Below, piece after piece: positions 62,539 to 64,000 of a DNA stretch of 64,000 bases. The DNA comes from Escherichia phage Ec_MI-02, in the sequence record OP856590.1. One strand, written 5' to 3'. The notes below the pieces were generated by a model. The model saw only the letters and a program-made list of their open reading frames with translations, did no database searches and had not been told where the DNA came from. Positions within the stretch are counted from its first letter, which is position 1. Each line of letters starts with the position of its first letter. The position numbers and the translations under genes were made by a program.

Positions 62539-62800
62539 TTAGACTTTCCTTTTTACCGCTGAGATAAGCGTTATATACTTTAAGAGTGCCGTAATAAATT
62601 CGGTCATTTTCATCTAAAGACTCATGGTCAAGTTCATCGAGTTCCTTTTTATCCATGACTATAACATCATTGCAGTAAAGAAACCCAAGTTTTTCGTGAC
62701 CAAACTCAAATTTATTGCAGTACACAATATTAGCGTGATGATTTCCGTGCAGTTTAATCTCTTTTATGTCGGAATCACCGATATTCATACAATAAATCAT
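62471..62800 (-). CDS. hypothetical protein (109 aa)
   Basis: acidic ORF upstream of denB. Confidence 0.55.
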   Translation of the reverse strand: MIYCMNIGDSDIKEIKLHGNHHANIVYCNKFEFGHEKLGFLYCNDVIVMDKKELDELDHESLDENDRIYYGTLKVYNAYLSGKKESLNAENESGFTETISDSDIYPIEQ

Positions 62801-62820
62801 AATTTTTCCTTAAAACAAAA

Positions 62821-62833
62821 GGGCCGAAGCCCC
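62821..62833 (-). terminator. short stem-loop
   Basis: GGGC-TTCG-GCCC on the minus strand followed by a T-rich tract. Confidence 0.45.
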
Positions 62834-62838
62834 TTATT

Positions 62839-63033
62839 TTATTTGAATTGTGCAATTCTTTTTTCTAAACAGTCTGCGTAAGATTTCATTGAGATGAACT
62901 GTGAAAGCAGTAATTCTTGCTCAACTTCATTAACTGATAGAAACTTTGTGCTTTCTAAAAATTTGCTCAGTGCATTAATTTTGAGCATTAATTGATCGTA
63001 TTCTTCTTTTACTCGTGCTTGATAACCTAACAT
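62839..63033 (-). CDS. hypothetical protein (64 aa)
   Basis: ORF with RBS AAGGAAAA downstream of rIIB. Confidence 0.6.
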   Translation of the reverse strand: MLGYQARVKEEYDQLMLKINALSKFLESTKFLSVNEVEQELLLSQFISMKSYADCLEKRIAQFK

Positions 63034-63049
63034 AATTTTCCTTAGTTAA

Positions 63050-63061
63050 GGGCCGAAGCCC
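63050..63061 (-). terminator. short stem-loop after rIIB
   Basis: GGGC-TTCG-GCCC directly after the rIIB stop. Confidence 0.45.
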
Positions 63062-64000
63062 TTATTTAAATTGTTCAGTAACGTCTTCAACTACTTCGTA
63101 TTGGCAGGTACGCATTTTAGCATCGTTGTAATCAATCGGAATTGATACTACATCGCGAGGATGTACTTTAACTTTTACAACTCGGCTGGTTGAACTGCCA
63201 AAGTGACGAATATAAGATTTAGAACATACATGCAGACCACGAGAACAAGTTTGTGTATCATCGTCGTTCACACGAGTACGTGGCATTTTAACTACTTTAC
63301 CAGGACTGTTATCAAAAGTATTTGAATGGCAGTCAAAGTAATTGCTGCGAACTACTTTCCAAGCATAAAAGTAGCCATCTTCTGTAATTTCAATATCGTT
63401 TGCTACCAAGAAATCAAAGAGTCGAGATACCGCTTTTTGGCTCGGGTTTTCCAACAGATTTTCCAAGAACGGAAAATAAAATTCAAAGTTTTCGCCTTTT
63501 TCCATCGAATCGAGAATACGATCAACTAAACCAGACCGCAATTCAATATTTTGATAGAACAAGCTTCCACCTTCAATTCGAACATCACCGGAAATATATT
63601 TTTCAACAGCGCGACGAACATTAATTTTTTGTGCCGCTTCTTCCAATTTATCTGCAACAAGCAGATTAAGAATTTCCTGGAAGTTTGAATGAGTATTAGG
63701 AGTTGCGTTATAAGTTACACCATCAACAGTAATTGAAATGAATTTTTTAGATGCATTCCAAATAATGTCAGATTTAGCAACTGGAGCAATAGCTGTATCG
63801 CTATTAACTTTAATAGTAATGTCACCGCTAATGGTAACTTTGGAGCGTTCAGCTTCTTCAGCATTTTTCAAAACACGACGGATTGTGTCAACCGATACAC
63901 CTTGCCAATCAGCCAATTCCTGCTGGGTATAATTACCACTTGAATACAGTTTGACAATTTCAGCTTGTTCGTTTTTGGTCAGGCATTTAATATTGTACAT
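63062..64000 (-). CDS. rIIB: RIIB rapid-lysis protein
   Basis: 312 aa, MYNIKCLTKNEQAEIVKLYSSGNYTQQELADW; the ATG lies exactly at the window end. Confidence 0.95.
   Translation of the reverse strand: MYNIKCLTKNEQAEIVKLYSSGNYTQQELADWQGVSVDTIRRVLKNAEEAERSKVTISGDITIKVNSDTAIAPVAKSDIIWNASKKFISITVDGVTYNATPNTHSNFQEILNLLVADKLEEAAQKINVRRAVEKYISGDVRIEGGSLFYQNIELRSGLVDRILDSMEKGENFEFYFPFLENLLENPSQKAVSRLFDFLVANDIEITEDGYFYAWKVVRSNYFDCHSNTFDNSPGKVVKMPRTRVNDDDTQTCSRGLHVCSKSYIRHFGSSTSRVVKVKVHPRDVVSIPIDYNDAKMRTCQYEVVEDVTEQFK

Overview
This window is a contiguous, densely packed stretch of a T-even (T4-like, Tequatrovirus-type) myovirus genome. It runs from the prohead scaffold gene 22 and major capsid gene 23 at the left, through the baseplate hub cluster, the alt / DNA ligase region, the nucleotide-metabolism block (cd, pseT, rnlA, denA, nrdB, nrdA, td, frd), gene 32 and the long-tail-fiber operon (34-38), to holin t, asiA, motA, topoisomerase gene 52, ndd, denB and a complete rIIB at the right edge. 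Gene calls rest on recall of T-even protein sequences and on in-sequence signals (start/stop overlaps, RBS, hairpins, promoter motifs); no database search was run. I see no tRNA, CRISPR array, integrase or transposase. Most of the window is well-described T-even biology, and I do not find a clearly novel multi-gene system. The loci that most deserve a second look are: a tandem pair of diverged Alt-type ADP-ribosyltransferase genes in one late operon; a NADAR-like ORF beside a possibly HAD-like ORF downstream of the ligase gene; a 68-aa basic ORF wedged between frd and td with overlapping start/stop codons at both junctions; a T2-type receptor module (gp37 with a C-terminal self-cleaving chaperone-like domain plus a glycine-rich gp38 adhesin); and several dispersed early-promoter/hairpin cassettes. 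Several ORF-track starts are non-ATG (TTG) artefacts and were trimmed to the first ATG that has an RBS.
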